Source: Candidatus Multivoradales bacterium | Lineage (GTDB): Bacteria; Acidobacteriota; Thermoanaerobaculia; Multivoradales; J023 | Assembly (NCBI GenBank): GCA_965248925.1 | Contig: CBDFLE010000006.1 | Location: forward strand, 2,816,001 to 2,880,000 | Length of the DNA: 64,000 nt | Direction: 5' to 3' | Part shown: one piece after another, positions 1 through 8,948 of the stretch | Position numbering within the stretch: position 1 is the first letter of the stretch | Layout of the letters: each line of letters opens with the position of its first letter | Notes under the pieces: generated by a model | What the model was told of the DNA's origin: nothing | Database searches by the model: none | The model's input: the letters and a program-made list of their open reading frames with translations, nothing else | Program-made: the position numbers and the translations under genes

Positions 1-1430
1 TCACGCAAGCGTTCGGGCGCCACTAGCCGCACCGCGTGTTCGACAATCGGCACCGCTAGCAAGGCGTCTTGAGAGGCATGTTCGTTCAGCCATTCGAAGC
101 CTAAGCGGTAGCTCGTTCCCCAATAGTCCCCGGCTTGAGGCAGGCCGCGTTGGCGGGCTCCGTCCAACCCACCGGCGAACTCGTTCCAATAGGCGAGCTG
201 AAAAGGATGACTGCGCAGAGTCGCCCAGGCGCCGGGTAGCAAGAGCAGTAGCACGGCCACTGCCTTGAGACTCTCGGGGTGCCGGGCATGGCGCACGGCC
301 TTGCCAATCAACCACGAGCCACCCAAACCGGCCAATGCCGCCAGCGCCGGGAAGAGCTCCAGGAAGTGACGCACGCCATCGAAATTAACCGCTTGCGGCA
401 GCAGATAGCGCAGCATTGCCACTATCACCCAGACCCCCATCAGGCGAGCGGTGAGGTCCCCGGTCAGCGCCCGCCGAATGGCGATCACTGAACCCACCAG
501 GGCCAGGGCGAGCAACAGGGGCGGAGTGGTGAACCAGACGGCTTCGAGCACCGGGGCGATGCTCTCGGGCCGAGTGTGGCCTTGGCGAAAGCCGATGTAG
601 TCCAGGTGTTGCCACACCCGGTTCCAGGGATCGGCCCACAGATACGGCCAGCTGGCAAAAGTAGTCAGCAAGCCGAGCACTCCGCCGCCAACCAGGCTTC
701 CAATCAGCTGCCGGGTGCGGCCTCGCCAAGACACTGGCGGCCCACCGAGTAGCAGCATGCCGAGGGGAATGCCGGGCAGAAACAAAGCATTTGCTTTGCA
801 GCCGAGGGCCAGCCCCCACAGCACGCCGGTGAGCAACAGCCCGCGCACCGAACCCGATTCCCAGGCGCGCAAGAAGGCCATCAGGGTCAAGGCGTAGAGC
901 ACCAGCAGCGGAAAATCCTTGATGTTCGCCATCAGGTGGCCGAATACCCGCGGTGAACTGAGCAGTAGGACCACCGCCAGGGTTGCCGCCACCGCTCCCC
1001 AGCGAGTGGCCAAGAAGCGCCAGAAGACCCAGCTGAGGAGGGCCGCCAGCAGCGGTCCGAGGGCATGAAAACCATCGAAGGGATCGAGCCAGCCGAGGCT
1101 GCGCGAAAAGACCACCGAGCAGGCGGCCGCCAGGGTGTTGGCCACCGGGTAGTACTCCCACGGCCGGCCGCGAAAAGGCGACAGCCGTAGGTCGGGCCGG
1201 TGCTCGGCAGGATAAGGGTCGGCGGCGAAGTCCAGATAAGCCGGGTCTAGCGAAGTAAAGAACGACAGATAGCGCTGGCCAAAGAACAGATCGCCCAGAG
1301 CTTCGTCCCAGGTCACGTTATAGGATCCCAGGCTAGCGAAGCCGAGAACCAGTATGGCCAGTGCCAGCACCACGGGTAGCCAGCGTCGCCAGGACTCGCC
1401 TTCGGTCGCCGATCGCCGTTCTTTGCTCAG
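1..1430 (-). CDS. GT-C (ArnT/PMT-like) polytopic membrane glycosyltransferase, 3' end runs off window
   Basis: Not in ORF track. Hand translation from 1430: LSKERRS...WLPVVLALAILVLGFASLGSYNVTWDEALGDLFFGQRY...FGHLMANIKDFP; same frame at window edge reads LAVPIVEHAVRLVAPERLR. N-terminal TM helix followed by acidic WDE motif is typical of GT-C. Start uncertain (CTG overlapping upstream TGA, or a downstream GTG). Confidence 0.75.
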   Translation of the reverse strand, partial: MSKERRSATEGESWRRWLPVVLALAILVLGFASLGSYNVTWDEALGDLFFGQRYLSFFTSLDPAYLDFAADPYPAEHRPDLRLSPFRGRPWEYYPVANTLAAACSVVFSRSLGWLDPFDGFHALGPLLAALLSWVFWRFLATRWGAVAATLAVVLLLSSPRVFGHLMANIKDFPLLVLYALTLMAFLRAWESGSVRGLLLTGVLWGLALGCKANALFLPGIPLGMLLLGGPPVSWRGRTRQLIGSLVGGGVLGLLTTFASWPYLWADPWNRVWQHLDYIGFRQGHTRPESIAPVLEAVWFTTPPLLLALALVGSVIAIRRALTGDLTARLMGVWVIVAMLRYLLPQAVNFDGVRHFLELFPALAALAGLGGSWLIGKAVRHARHPESLKAVAVLLLLLPGAWATLRSHPFQLAYWNEFAGGLDGARQRGLPQAGDYWGTSYRLGFEWLNEHASQDALLAVPIVEHAVRLVAPERLR

Positions 1431-3316
1431 TGCAACTCCAACAGCAGATAGCCGCCGTCTGGGGACTTGTAGGTTGGCCGCACGCGGCTCGGGTCCCGCA
1501 CCAAGTCGAGCAGCTCTTGAGGGTAAGGGATGCCCCAATTCGCCTTGCGCAGCAGCAGGTGGGTGATGCCCTCGGCGGCCAAGTGCTGGTTGAGGGCCTT
1601 GGGGCCGTCTATATCCTGAAGCCAATCAACCAACTGCGAGGCTTCGAAGAAGCTATCGGCGATGTAGTCGCGCTCACAGAAGAAGGCTCGGTTGTAATCG
1701 ATCATCAACAGGCGGCTTTGCTCCGGCAGCTCATCGATGTGCAGCCACACCGGATCGATGACCGAGGCCAGCACTCGCTCGCCCTCTTCGCGCAGCAGGA
1801 TCTTGCTGGTCTGCCAGCCGCCGCGCAGCACTTTTTGTTGATCGACCACCGCCAGCAACGCCACCGAGCAGCCCAGCAACGCCCAGCCGGCTTGGCGCAT
1901 CCTGGCGTTGCGCAGCTTGCCCAGCAAATCGGCCAGTGCCAGCCCGGCGGCCAAGGCGGCCAGGGGCAGCAGGGGAACCAACAGCCGACTCTGCTGCGAA
2001 GTCAAACTCCAGAAGACAAAGCACAGGGCGACGACAAACAGTGCCCGGCGCACTGCTGGCAGTCGCCAGCCGGCGATCAAAGTCGCGGGCAGCAGTACCA
2101 GCCAGAAGGCACCTAGCCGGCCGTCGAAGTGCTCGTAACCCTGGCCGCCATTGAGCAAGACCCGAGGAATCAGCAGCAAATAATCGAGGGGCTCGCGGCC
2201 CATACCGATCGAGCTCTGCCAAGCGGCCAGTTGCTCCGCCAGCCGGGCGCTCCAACCGCTGCCGCCGAGAACCCCATAGAGCGCCGGGTACACTGGATTG
2301 CCGGTCCACCAAGCTGATTTCACCAACCACGGTGCCCACAGCACCGCCACCGGCAGGGCAAAGCGGGTGGCAAAGTCGCGGCGCAGCTCGGCACGGTGAT
2401 GTTCGGCACGGTGATGCCCGGTACCGCGCAGCAGACGCGGCAGGTAGAGCAGTGCCAGTATCGCCACGCCAACAATGCCGGTGAGCTTGGTCCCCGCCAC
2501 CATGCCGCCACAGAGGCCCGCCAGCAACAGCCAGCGTTGCCGCTCGCGGCGCTGCTCACTATCGAGCGCCTGACAGAGAAAGAGAAACGCACCGAGTAAG
2601 AAAAACGCGTGAGCCAGTTCGACATAGGCCGTCCGTAGCTCAAACATGACGACATCATTGGCGAGGAAGAACAGCGCCGCCAGCCAACCGACCCGACCGC
2701 CGCCGAGCCGCCGGCAGCCCACCACCAGGGCGTAAAGCACCGCCACTCCAAAGCCGAAGTGCAGCAGCTTGGCTAGCACATGGTCCTTGATTCCCAAGGC
2801 CAGGGCATAGAGCAGCTCGGTGTTCTGTGGCCAATGCGAATAGACATTCCACGGTAGCTCGACAAAGCCTCCATGGCGCAAGTAGATCTTCGGCAGAGTC
2901 AGATGGTAGACGCTGGCATCCCAAGAGACCGCCGGCCCCAGGGTGACCATCAAGACGGGAAGCAGATAGAGCCCCAGCAAGAGAGCCAGCACCAGCTCCC
3001 CACGGCCATAGCCCAAAGCCCCTGCGGAGTCGCTGCCGGGAGCAAGTCGTTGGCGCCAGATGGCTGCCAGGAGTAGCAAGCCCAGCATCGCCCCGGTCAG
3101 GCTCCAGGTACACAGCCAGCCCACCGCCGCCAGAGCGAAGAGCAGAGCCACCCAACAGACCAATCCCAGGCAGAGTTCGGCCAAGCCACGGTAGGCGCCC
3201 AATTCGCCGAGGCTGTAGCGAGTGCTGTTCAGGCCGCTCGCCAGCAGCCGGCCGGCGAGCCAGAAGCTCAGACCCAGGGCCAGAGCCAGCAAGCAATGCT
3301 CGAGGATGTAAAGCAT
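1427..3316 (-). CDS. GT-C superfamily membrane glycosyltransferase (629 aa)
   Basis: Many TM helices, SWDASVYHLTLPKIY first-loop motif, KLTG and GNPVYP motifs, soluble C-terminal domain. Confidence 0.75.
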   Translation of the reverse strand: MLYILEHCLLALALGLSFWLAGRLLASGLNSTRYSLGELGAYRGLAELCLGLVCWVALLFALAAVGWLCTWSLTGAMLGLLLLAAIWRQRLAPGSDSAGALGYGRGELVLALLLGLYLLPVLMVTLGPAVSWDASVYHLTLPKIYLRHGGFVELPWNVYSHWPQNTELLYALALGIKDHVLAKLLHFGFGVAVLYALVVGCRRLGGGRVGWLAALFFLANDVVMFELRTAYVELAHAFFLLGAFLFLCQALDSEQRRERQRWLLLAGLCGGMVAGTKLTGIVGVAILALLYLPRLLRGTGHHRAEHHRAELRRDFATRFALPVAVLWAPWLVKSAWWTGNPVYPALYGVLGGSGWSARLAEQLAAWQSSIGMGREPLDYLLLIPRVLLNGGQGYEHFDGRLGAFWLVLLPATLIAGWRLPAVRRALFVVALCFVFWSLTSQQSRLLVPLLPLAALAAGLALADLLGKLRNARMRQAGWALLGCSVALLAVVDQQKVLRGGWQTSKILLREEGERVLASVIDPVWLHIDELPEQSRLLMIDYNRAFFCERDYIADSFFEASQLVDWLQDIDGPKALNQHLAAEGITHLLLRKANWGIPYPQELLDLVRDPSRVRPTYKSPDGGYLLLELH

Positions 3317-3320
3317 CCGA

Positions 3321-4535
3321 TCAGTCTGCTTGAGCGATCGCCGTCCGCAGCTTGGCGGCGACCCGTTCGAGGTCCGCGAGAGTCATTTGATCAAACAATG
3401 GCAGCAAGATCGCCTGCTCCTGCGCCAGCTCCGACTCGACCAGCCGCCGGCAGCCATCGGCACCGCAGCTGCAACTGTGATCATTGGTGCGGCCGGTCCC
3501 AGGGGCACAAGACCAGGGCTGTTGCCGATAGGCCGGTTCACGATGAGCACACATGATGCCGCGACGACTGGCGACGCCTGCATCGAGCAAATGTTGCATC
3601 ACCCGGATTTGGTCACACCCCGGCGGCAGCCGCACGCAGAGGCTCTGCCAGTTAGTGCGCGCCCACGGTGGCTCGACCGGCAGCTCGAGACCAGGAATAT
3701 CACCGAGCAGCGCGAAGTACTGCTCGGCCAAAGCTCGGCGGCGCTGGACCACCGCAGGCAGGCGGCCCAGCTGCACCCTCCCCACCGCCGCCTGGATATC
3801 GGTCAGGCGGTAGTTGTAGGCCAGCTCGTCATAGGACTCGAAGACCACCTGGTGGGCGCCGTGGCGCACCGTGTCGGGCACCGTCATGCCGTGATGGCGC
3901 AGGCGGCGAAAGCGCGCATCCCAATCCGCGTCATGGGTCGTCAACATGCCGCCATCGCCGGTGGTCAGCAGTTTGCGAGGATGAAACGAGAAACACGCCA
4001 CCTTGCCATGCGGCCGGCCGATCTTCTGCCACTCGCCCCGCCAATCGATCTCCGAGCCAATCGCACAGGCGGCATCCTCGATCACCGGCAGGCCGTGTTT
4101 CTCGGCGATCGGCAGCAGCCGTGCCAGGTCGGCCGGCATGCCCATCTGGTGGACGGCCAGAATCGCCCGCGTGCGCTCGCCGATCAGTCCTTCGACCTTC
4201 GCTGGGTCCAGGTTGTAGGTCTGGCGTTCTATATCGATAAACACCGGCAGGGCATCGACAAAGCGGATGCAATTGGCGGTGGCGACAAAAGAGTGCGAAA
4301 CGGTGATCACCTCGTCACCCGGCCCCACCCCCGCCGCCAGCAGCGAGAGGTGCAGCGCTGCCGTGCAATTGGCCACCGCGCAAGCATGGCGGGCGCCGAC
4401 AAACGCGGCAAACTCCTCCTCGAACGCCAGCACCCGCGGCCCCTGGGTCACCCAACCCGAGCGCAGCGCCTCGGCCACTGCGTCGGCCTCCTCCTCACCT
4501 AGCAACGGCCGAATAATCGGCAGCGAGTCGCTCAC
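3321..4535 (-). CDS. DegT/DnrJ/EryC1/StrS PLP-dependent sugar aminotransferase
   Basis: SGWVTQGP, IEDAACAIGS, FSFHPRKLLTTGDGG (catalytic Lys), YNYRLTDIQAA; GTG start at 4535 overlaps the upstream stop. Confidence 0.93.
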   Translation of the reverse strand: MSDSLPIIRPLLGEEEADAVAEALRSGWVTQGPRVLAFEEEFAAFVGARHACAVANCTAALHLSLLAAGVGPGDEVITVSHSFVATANCIRFVDALPVFIDIERQTYNLDPAKVEGLIGERTRAILAVHQMGMPADLARLLPIAEKHGLPVIEDAACAIGSEIDWRGEWQKIGRPHGKVACFSFHPRKLLTTGDGGMLTTHDADWDARFRRLRHHGMTVPDTVRHGAHQVVFESYDELAYNYRLTDIQAAVGRVQLGRLPAVVQRRRALAEQYFALLGDIPGLELPVEPPWARTNWQSLCVRLPPGCDQIRVMQHLLDAGVASRRGIMCAHREPAYRQQPWSCAPGTGRTNDHSCSCGADGCRRLVESELAQEQAILLPLFDQMTLADLERVAAKLRTAIAQAD

Positions 4536-5512
4536 CGTCCAGCCTCCCCCGGCTTCGACGCCAGCACCCAATCCACCAGCTGGCGCAAACCCTCCCCCAG
4601 GCCCACCTCAGCTTCAAACCCCAGCACTCGGCGAGCCGCTTCGGTATCAGCTAGCCGGCGCGACACCGGATTCACCGCCCGTTCCTCGCGATACTCCACC
4701 CCCAGCGTAGAGCCCATCACGGCGAGCAGCGCCTCAGCCAGCTGCAGCAAACTGGTTTCAGTGCCCGAGGCGACATTGAACACCTGATCACCAGCCCGGC
4801 CCGCGGCCAGCGCCTTGGCGGCTAGCAAATTGGCGCGGGCGATGTCTTCGATAAAAACAAAGTCCATGGTCTGACAACCGTCGCCAAAGATCAGTGGCGG
4901 CAGGCCAGCACGAATCCGTTCGATCCAGCGGATCAGCACCTCGGTGTAGGCGCCAAAGATGTCCATCCGCGGGCCATAGACGTTGAAATAGCGCAACGCC
5001 ACATAGTCCAGGCCGTACATGTCATTGAAACTGCGCAGTAGGCCCTCGTTGAACACCTTGGCGGCGCCGTAGAGAGTGCGATTGGCATAGGGATGGTGAT
5101 CCTCGCGGGTAGGAAACTCCTCCGCCAGCCCATAGGCCGAGGCTGACGAAGCCGCCACCACCCCCCTCACCCCAGCCTCCACCGCCGCCTCGACGACGTT
5201 GAAGGTGCCATCCACCAGCACCTCGAGCGCCACCCGAGGCTCCTCGGCACAGCGGGTAATGCGGATCGCTGCCTGATGAAACACCAGGTCGATCCCCTCG
5301 GTGGTGCGCCGCAGTAGGTCACGATCGCAGATATTGCCCTCGACAACCGTCACCCGGCCATGGTCCATCGCCCAAGCCAGGTTCTCGCGCCGGCCGCGTG
5401 AGAAGTCGTCCAGGACCACCACTTCGGCGGCATCCTCGCGCATCAGCAGATCGGCAATATGCGAGCCGACCAGGCCCGCACCGCCGGTGATAAGAATTCT
5501 CTTGCCGCGCAT
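4532..5512 (-). CDS. NAD-dependent nucleotide-sugar epimerase/dehydratase (extended SDR)
   Basis: GGAGLVG Rossmann motif, ASSASAYG, YGAAK (YxxxK), RYFNVYGP. Confidence 0.93.
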   Translation of the reverse strand: MRGKRILITGGAGLVGSHIADLLMREDAAEVVVLDDFSRGRRENLAWAMDHGRVTVVEGNICDRDLLRRTTEGIDLVFHQAAIRITRCAEEPRVALEVLVDGTFNVVEAAVEAGVRGVVAASSASAYGLAEEFPTREDHHPYANRTLYGAAKVFNEGLLRSFNDMYGLDYVALRYFNVYGPRMDIFGAYTEVLIRWIERIRAGLPPLIFGDGCQTMDFVFIEDIARANLLAAKALAAGRAGDQVFNVASGTETSLLQLAEALLAVMGSTLGVEYREERAVNPVSRRLADTEAARRVLGFEAEVGLGEGLRQLVDWVLASKPGEAGR

Positions 5513-5726
5513 CTTTCTCCCCTCGCTGGGATTCTCTGGGTGGTTGTTCCGGAGGGGGGCAGTTTATACCTCTGGGGGGTTGGGGTGGTGGGTGCCTGGA
5601 TCATGAAAACGAAGCTCAAGCAGTGTCGACTGGTTCAGTTGCGGCAGTGGGCGGTCTCGGACTCAGATCTGGTGTTACATTTTCGGCTAACAGTGGTGCG
5701 TTGCTGCTGCCACTTGCGCTGTAACT

Positions 5727-5753
5727 GAGCATGAGCATCAGCATCAGCATCAG
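5727..5753 (+). repeat. Hexanucleotide tandem repeat (G/C)AGCAT x4.5
   Basis: gagcat gagcat cagcat cagcat cag just upstream of the RBS of the next gene. Confidence 0.7.
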
Positions 5754-5771
5754 ATGTTGGGAGGGGCACGG

Positions 5772-6626
5772 GTGCTGAAAAATATCCTGGTCCTCGGTGC
5801 CGGAACCTTGATCATTGGCCTCTTGATCTTGGATCTTCTAACAACCCTTGCCCCGAACGATTTCCAGACTTCCTGGCAAGAACCTCCGGGCGGCTCGACC
5901 TATCGTGCCGATGTCGAGATCCAGCGGCTTCGCTTTGACCAGATACACGGCACGCTGCGAGCGGTACTTGGACTTGTCTTGGTACGGTCGGCTCAAGATG
6001 ACGAGATTTCGAAGTTCAGTTTCAGTTTGCAGAGTTCCGGCAGCGAAGGGACCACTTACTGGTTGCCATATCCGGAAACCTGGCCGATGCCGGGTACTAC
6101 TTGGGAAGAGATTCGCGGCGAAGAGAGCTTCGACGTTCTCGAGGCCAGTCAGGAAATGACGCTGTTTGTCAACCAGAGAACTCGCCAAACGTTATATCCG
6201 TTTGATGATATTACTCTGCGATTTCTCCCCAGAGGATTCGTTGACGGCGGGGTACTTGATCCGGATCTGTGGGTCCACAGTTTTTCAGTTAGTCTTTCAG
6301 ACCCAAACTTCCACTTGCTCTGCTCGGTTGATGAGAGTGAGGTTGTTTGTCAACTGAAGCGAAGCGCCTTCGTTCGCATGATTAGCGTGGCATTGCTGGC
6401 CTGTGTGTTGGTGTTTTATTTCTATCTATTCCGACTGACCAGTCGTGACGAATTACTTGCCAAGACGTTGGGCTTCATGGGCGCACTCTGGGGTGTTCGC
6501 TCGGTGCTAGTTCCGCGCTCTTTGGCTGTTTTTCCCTCTTTGATCGATTACGTCGTGTTGATCCTTTTCTTTGTCTTGTTTCTAACCGTCATCGCAACTG
6601 TTCAGCCTGCCAGGCCTAACCCATAG
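5772..6626 (+). CDS. Membrane protein resembling DUF4436 / Pro-loop (pentameric ligand-gated) channel fold
   Basis: GGAGG RBS at 5760-5764, GTG start; N-terminal TM, beta-rich domain with LYPFD, LKR before three C-terminal TM helices, VPRSLAVFPSLIDY loop. Confidence 0.55.
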   Translation: MLKNILVLGAGTLIIGLLILDLLTTLAPNDFQTSWQEPPGGSTYRADVEIQRLRFDQIHGTLRAVLGLVLVRSAQDDEISKFSFSLQSSGSEGTTYWLPYPETWPMPGTTWEEIRGEESFDVLEASQEMTLFVNQRTRQTLYPFDDITLRFLPRGFVDGGVLDPDLWVHSFSVSLSDPNFHLLCSVDESEVVCQLKRSAFVRMISVALLACVLVFYFYLFRLTSRDELLAKTLGFMGALWGVRSVLVPRSLAVFPSLIDYVVLILFFVLFLTVIATVQPARPNP

Positions 6627-6636
6627 GAGGGAAAAC

Positions 6637-7170
6637 ATGAAGAATACGTCATTTTTTGTACTGCTGATTGCCTTAGCTGGGTGGGGCGTCAGCACCTTGG
6701 CTCAGGATCAGGAGATGCCCTTGGGCAAGACTTCGCTTGAGCTTCCCACAACCCTGGCGATCGAGTCCGAGGAAGTATCGAAGCTCCGGGTGGTCAGAGG
6801 CCGAGAAATCGCATTCGTGCAGAGGGACGATGGAGACTATGTGCTCAACAAAATGCTGCCCTACGGTGCGATTGTCGACGATCCGAAAACAAAGCGACCG
6901 CGCAACGGTCTAATTGTGGAGTATCAGATCTATGCCCAAGACGATCAAGCATTCTTCGTTGAGATAATTGTTCCGAGAATGCAACACAAAGGTCTAGCGG
7001 ATAGCGAATTCGAAGCGAGTCTCTCAGGTAACGCACTAGTTGATGACTTGGTCTCGGCTTTGGCACTCCAAGTAAGATCTGGTACGCACAGCTGCGCTAA
7101 CGGTCGGGTTTGTGTCAAGACCCGTAAAGTCGACGGGGTTGAAAAGTGTTGCCGATACAAATGTCGATGA
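6637..7170 (+). CDS. Secreted hypothetical protein with Cys-rich C-terminal tail
   Basis: AGGAGG RBS, signal peptide MKNTSFFVLLIALAGWGVSTLA, ends HSCANGRVCVKTRKVDGVEKCCRYKCR; 10 bp after previous gene. Confidence 0.75.
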   Translation: MKNTSFFVLLIALAGWGVSTLAQDQEMPLGKTSLELPTTLAIESEEVSKLRVVRGREIAFVQRDDGDYVLNKMLPYGAIVDDPKTKRPRNGLIVEYQIYAQDDQAFFVEIIVPRMQHKGLADSEFEASLSGNALVDDLVSALALQVRSGTHSCANGRVCVKTRKVDGVEKCCRYKCR

Positions 7171-7248
7171 ACGAGAGGGGTGCGGCTGATCATCTGTTGG
7201 AGCAGCCGACGGCAGACCTGGTGCCGCCGGCCTGACTGCCCGGACCAA

Positions 7249-7267
7249 GTGCCAGCCGATTCTCGGC
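7249..7267 (+). repeat. Island repeat copy R1 (5'-shortened)
   Basis: GTGCCAGCCGATTCTCGGC; degenerate GGTGCCGCCGG also at 7220-7230. Confidence 0.75.
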
Positions 7268-7364
7268 CATTGCGGCGAGTAGACCTGAAGCCGTCAGTGC
7301 AAACCCACGAAGCTTGCCGAGGGCGATCTATCCGCCCAAATGTCTCTGAAGAAGACGGCGGCAG

Positions 7365-7390
7365 GGAATAGGTACCAGCCGATTCGCAGC
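7365..7390 (+). repeat. Island repeat copy R2
   Basis: GGAATAGGTACCAGCCGATTCGCAGC, 11 bp beyond the antitoxin stop codon. Confidence 0.85.
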
Positions 7391-7401
7391 CACCTTGGTG
7401 G

Positions 7402-7791
7402 TCATTGGCCTGTAGCCGCGGAAACCGCCGCGGCAAGATCGGGTGAACGAGATCTACCGCGCCCACTTGCCGCCGTTCTCAGCGGATTACGAGGAACTTG
7501 CGCTGCCTTGCCCGGTGCCTCCGACGGAGTCAGTTGTATGCGAAGTTCTGCTCCGAGCGCCTTCGCCAGCCGGACCATGGTCATCAGGGTGAAGTTGGCG
7601 TTACCGCGCAGGATCTTGGTGATGTAGGCGGGGGAAGTACCAAGTCGGCGAGCCAACTCCGACCTCGACACCTCTTCCCGTTCCATCAGGCGGAAGATCT
7701 CCTCGGTGAATTCCTGCACGGTGCCGGCGAGCCAATAGTCGTCGTGTCCTTCGGCTCTTTTGTAGAGATCGTCGAAGTTCTTGGCTTTCAT
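7402..7791 (-). CDS. XRE-family HTH antitoxin (HigA-like)
   Basis: SRSELARRLGTSPAYITKILRGNANFTL helix-turn-helix; directly downstream of RelE-like toxin. Confidence 0.85.
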   Translation of the reverse strand: MKAKNFDDLYKRAEGHDDYWLAGTVQEFTEEIFRLMEREEVSRSELARRLGTSPAYITKILRGNANFTLMTMVRLAKALGAELRIQLTPSEAPGKAAQVPRNPLRTAASGRGRSRSPDLAAAVSAATGQ

Positions 7792-7796
7792 CGTCT

Positions 7797-8189
7797 CTAT
7801 CCTTTCATTTTGAGAGCGGCTTGCCCTTTTGCCAAGAAGTACTGGCGTCGGTACTCTTGCGCTCTTTCGATCTCGGTTGCCGGGGTCTTCTGGCGCTTTT
7901 TTACGAAGCCGTGACTACAAATCACCAGCTTGCCCTCGTCGTAGAACCAGAGTACCCGGACTCGGCCCTGGATGAACTCCCAGAGCCCAGGCCCGAGCTG
8001 ATGGGAGATCTCCGTATTGCGTGGCGGGCCGTGGTCAGCGACCCGATCAAGAAGCTTGAGCATCCGACGACCGTCTCTTGCGAGCCCGCCTTCAATTTCT
8101 GCCAGAAACTGCAGAAGCGGGCAGTCACCGCGATCGGTGCAGACCGCCAAGACTTGCCAACCTCCACTTCGGACCCGCCGTAACCTCAT
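7797..8189 (-). CDS. Type II toxin, RelE/HigB (Gp49-like) family
   Basis: ATG 8189 with GGAGG RBS; GLWEFIQGRVRVLWFY...HGFVKKRQKTPATEIERA signature; toxin-first order. Confidence 0.88.
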   Translation of the reverse strand: MRLRRVRSGGWQVLAVCTDRGDCPLLQFLAEIEGGLARDGRRMLKLLDRVADHGPPRNTEISHQLGPGLWEFIQGRVRVLWFYDEGKLVICSHGFVKKRQKTPATEIERAQEYRRQYFLAKGQAALKMKG

Positions 8190-8208
8190 TTTAACCTCCA
8201 GGTTCAAA
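8189..8208. promoter_or_regulatory. Imperfect palindrome over toxin RBS/start, candidate TA autoregulatory operator
   Basis: TTTTAACCT-CC-AGGTTCAAA, 9-bp arms with one mismatch. Confidence 0.5.
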
Positions 8209-8341
8209 CGGTGGCAAGCAGGATCTTGCTCATTGTCGATCCTGACCGCCCACGAGGGGTTCGCAACGTGCTGCGGCCCAGCCTCCTCAGCTGAGCCAGC
8301 CAAGCCGATATCGCGTATCCTAGAAGGTCTGGAGGTACTGT

Positions 8342-8371
8342 ATGGCGACGACAATCCAATACTACCCTGAG
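8342..8371 (+). pseudogene. 10-codon stub resembling a DUF2283-type antitoxin N-terminus, cut by repeat R3
   Basis: GGAGG RBS then ATG: MATTIQYYPE, similar to the IxY(Y/D)PE(T)D start of DUF2283 proteins; runs straight into the repeat. Confidence 0.4.
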
Positions 8372-8409
8372 ATAGGTGCCAGCCGATTCGCAGCTGCCGA
8401 TTCGCAGCT
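8369..8409 (+). repeat. Island repeat copy R3 with internal 14-bp tandem duplication
   Basis: GAGATAGGTGCCA GCCGATTCGCAGCT GCCGATTCGCAGCT. Confidence 0.88.
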
Positions 8410-8592
8410 ACTCGGACCTCCGGCCCCTTCGGCCAGGACCCTCTGCCTCCTCTGCACTCTATCCAGCGACCCGTCGCCGATCGTCGAGCTAGCAGAGAGC
8501 TTGTGCGAGAGTGATCGCGTGCGCACAGCCAGCATTGTCGAGAGCGTGGTAGATTGTCCCTCTCCAGGTAATATGCCCGGAGGACGATTCTC

Positions 8593-8874
8593 GTGAGTGG
8601 AGCGAGTACACCGAGCATTGAGTATCCGCCCGAGGTTCTTTGGGCTCTTCAGCAGGCCCCCGAAAAGTTTGCCGCCGAGGCTCGCCTGCTCCTTGCCCTC
8701 AAGCTCTATGAGATGGGCAAGCTGACCACCGGCATGGCGGCTCGGCTTGCTGGGATCCCACGCCTTCGCTTCATCTTCTTGGTGGGCGAACATGGCCTCT
8801 CCCCCTTCGGCGAGGCGCCCGAAGATCTCGAACAAGATCTCGCCGATGCCCGAAGGGCCTGTCGTTGCGAATAA
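8593..8874 (+). CDS. UPF0175 family antitoxin
   Basis: GGAGG RBS; EARLLLALKLYEMGKLTTGMAARLAGIPRLRFIFLVGEHGLSPF...EDLEQDL. Confidence 0.85.
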   Translation: MSGASTPSIEYPPEVLWALQQAPEKFAAEARLLLALKLYEMGKLTTGMAARLAGIPRLRFIFLVGEHGLSPFGEAPEDLEQDLADARRACRCE

Positions 8875-8948
8875 CACGCCCCTCGCGGCTCTCTGGGCGA
8901 TCGACCGTCTGGATCTACTGGAGTCTTTGTTCAGCGAGATCCTGATCC
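8846..8948 (+). pseudogene. Truncated PIN-domain (DUF3368-like) toxin
   Basis: MPEGPVVANNTPLAALWAIDRLDLLESLFSEILI matches the N-terminus of DUF3368-type PIN proteins that pair with UPF0175; similarity ends at repeat R4 where P..V..E is expected. Confidence 0.8.

Noticed and set aside
385-1161. 258-aa ORF from the track
   Set aside because: Off-frame shadow; the real GT-C gene is in another minus-strand frame that runs off the window
2387-2416. 15-bp tandem duplication giving HHRAEHHRAE
   Set aside because: In-frame slippage in a loop with no evidence of function
3330-4502. 390-aa plus-strand ORF (similar cases 9144-10043, 19010-19909, 24013-25242, 39135-40127)
   Set aside because: Antisense shadows of well-supported genes, common in GC-rich DNA
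5563-5593. G-rich tract as G-quadruplex or degenerate repeat at island left edge
   Set aside because: G-runs are common here and only GGTGCC matches the repeat
8190-8618. 143-aa N-terminal extension of the RelE-like toxin
   Set aside because: Reads through repeat R3 and non-coding DNA; strong RBS supports ATG at 8189
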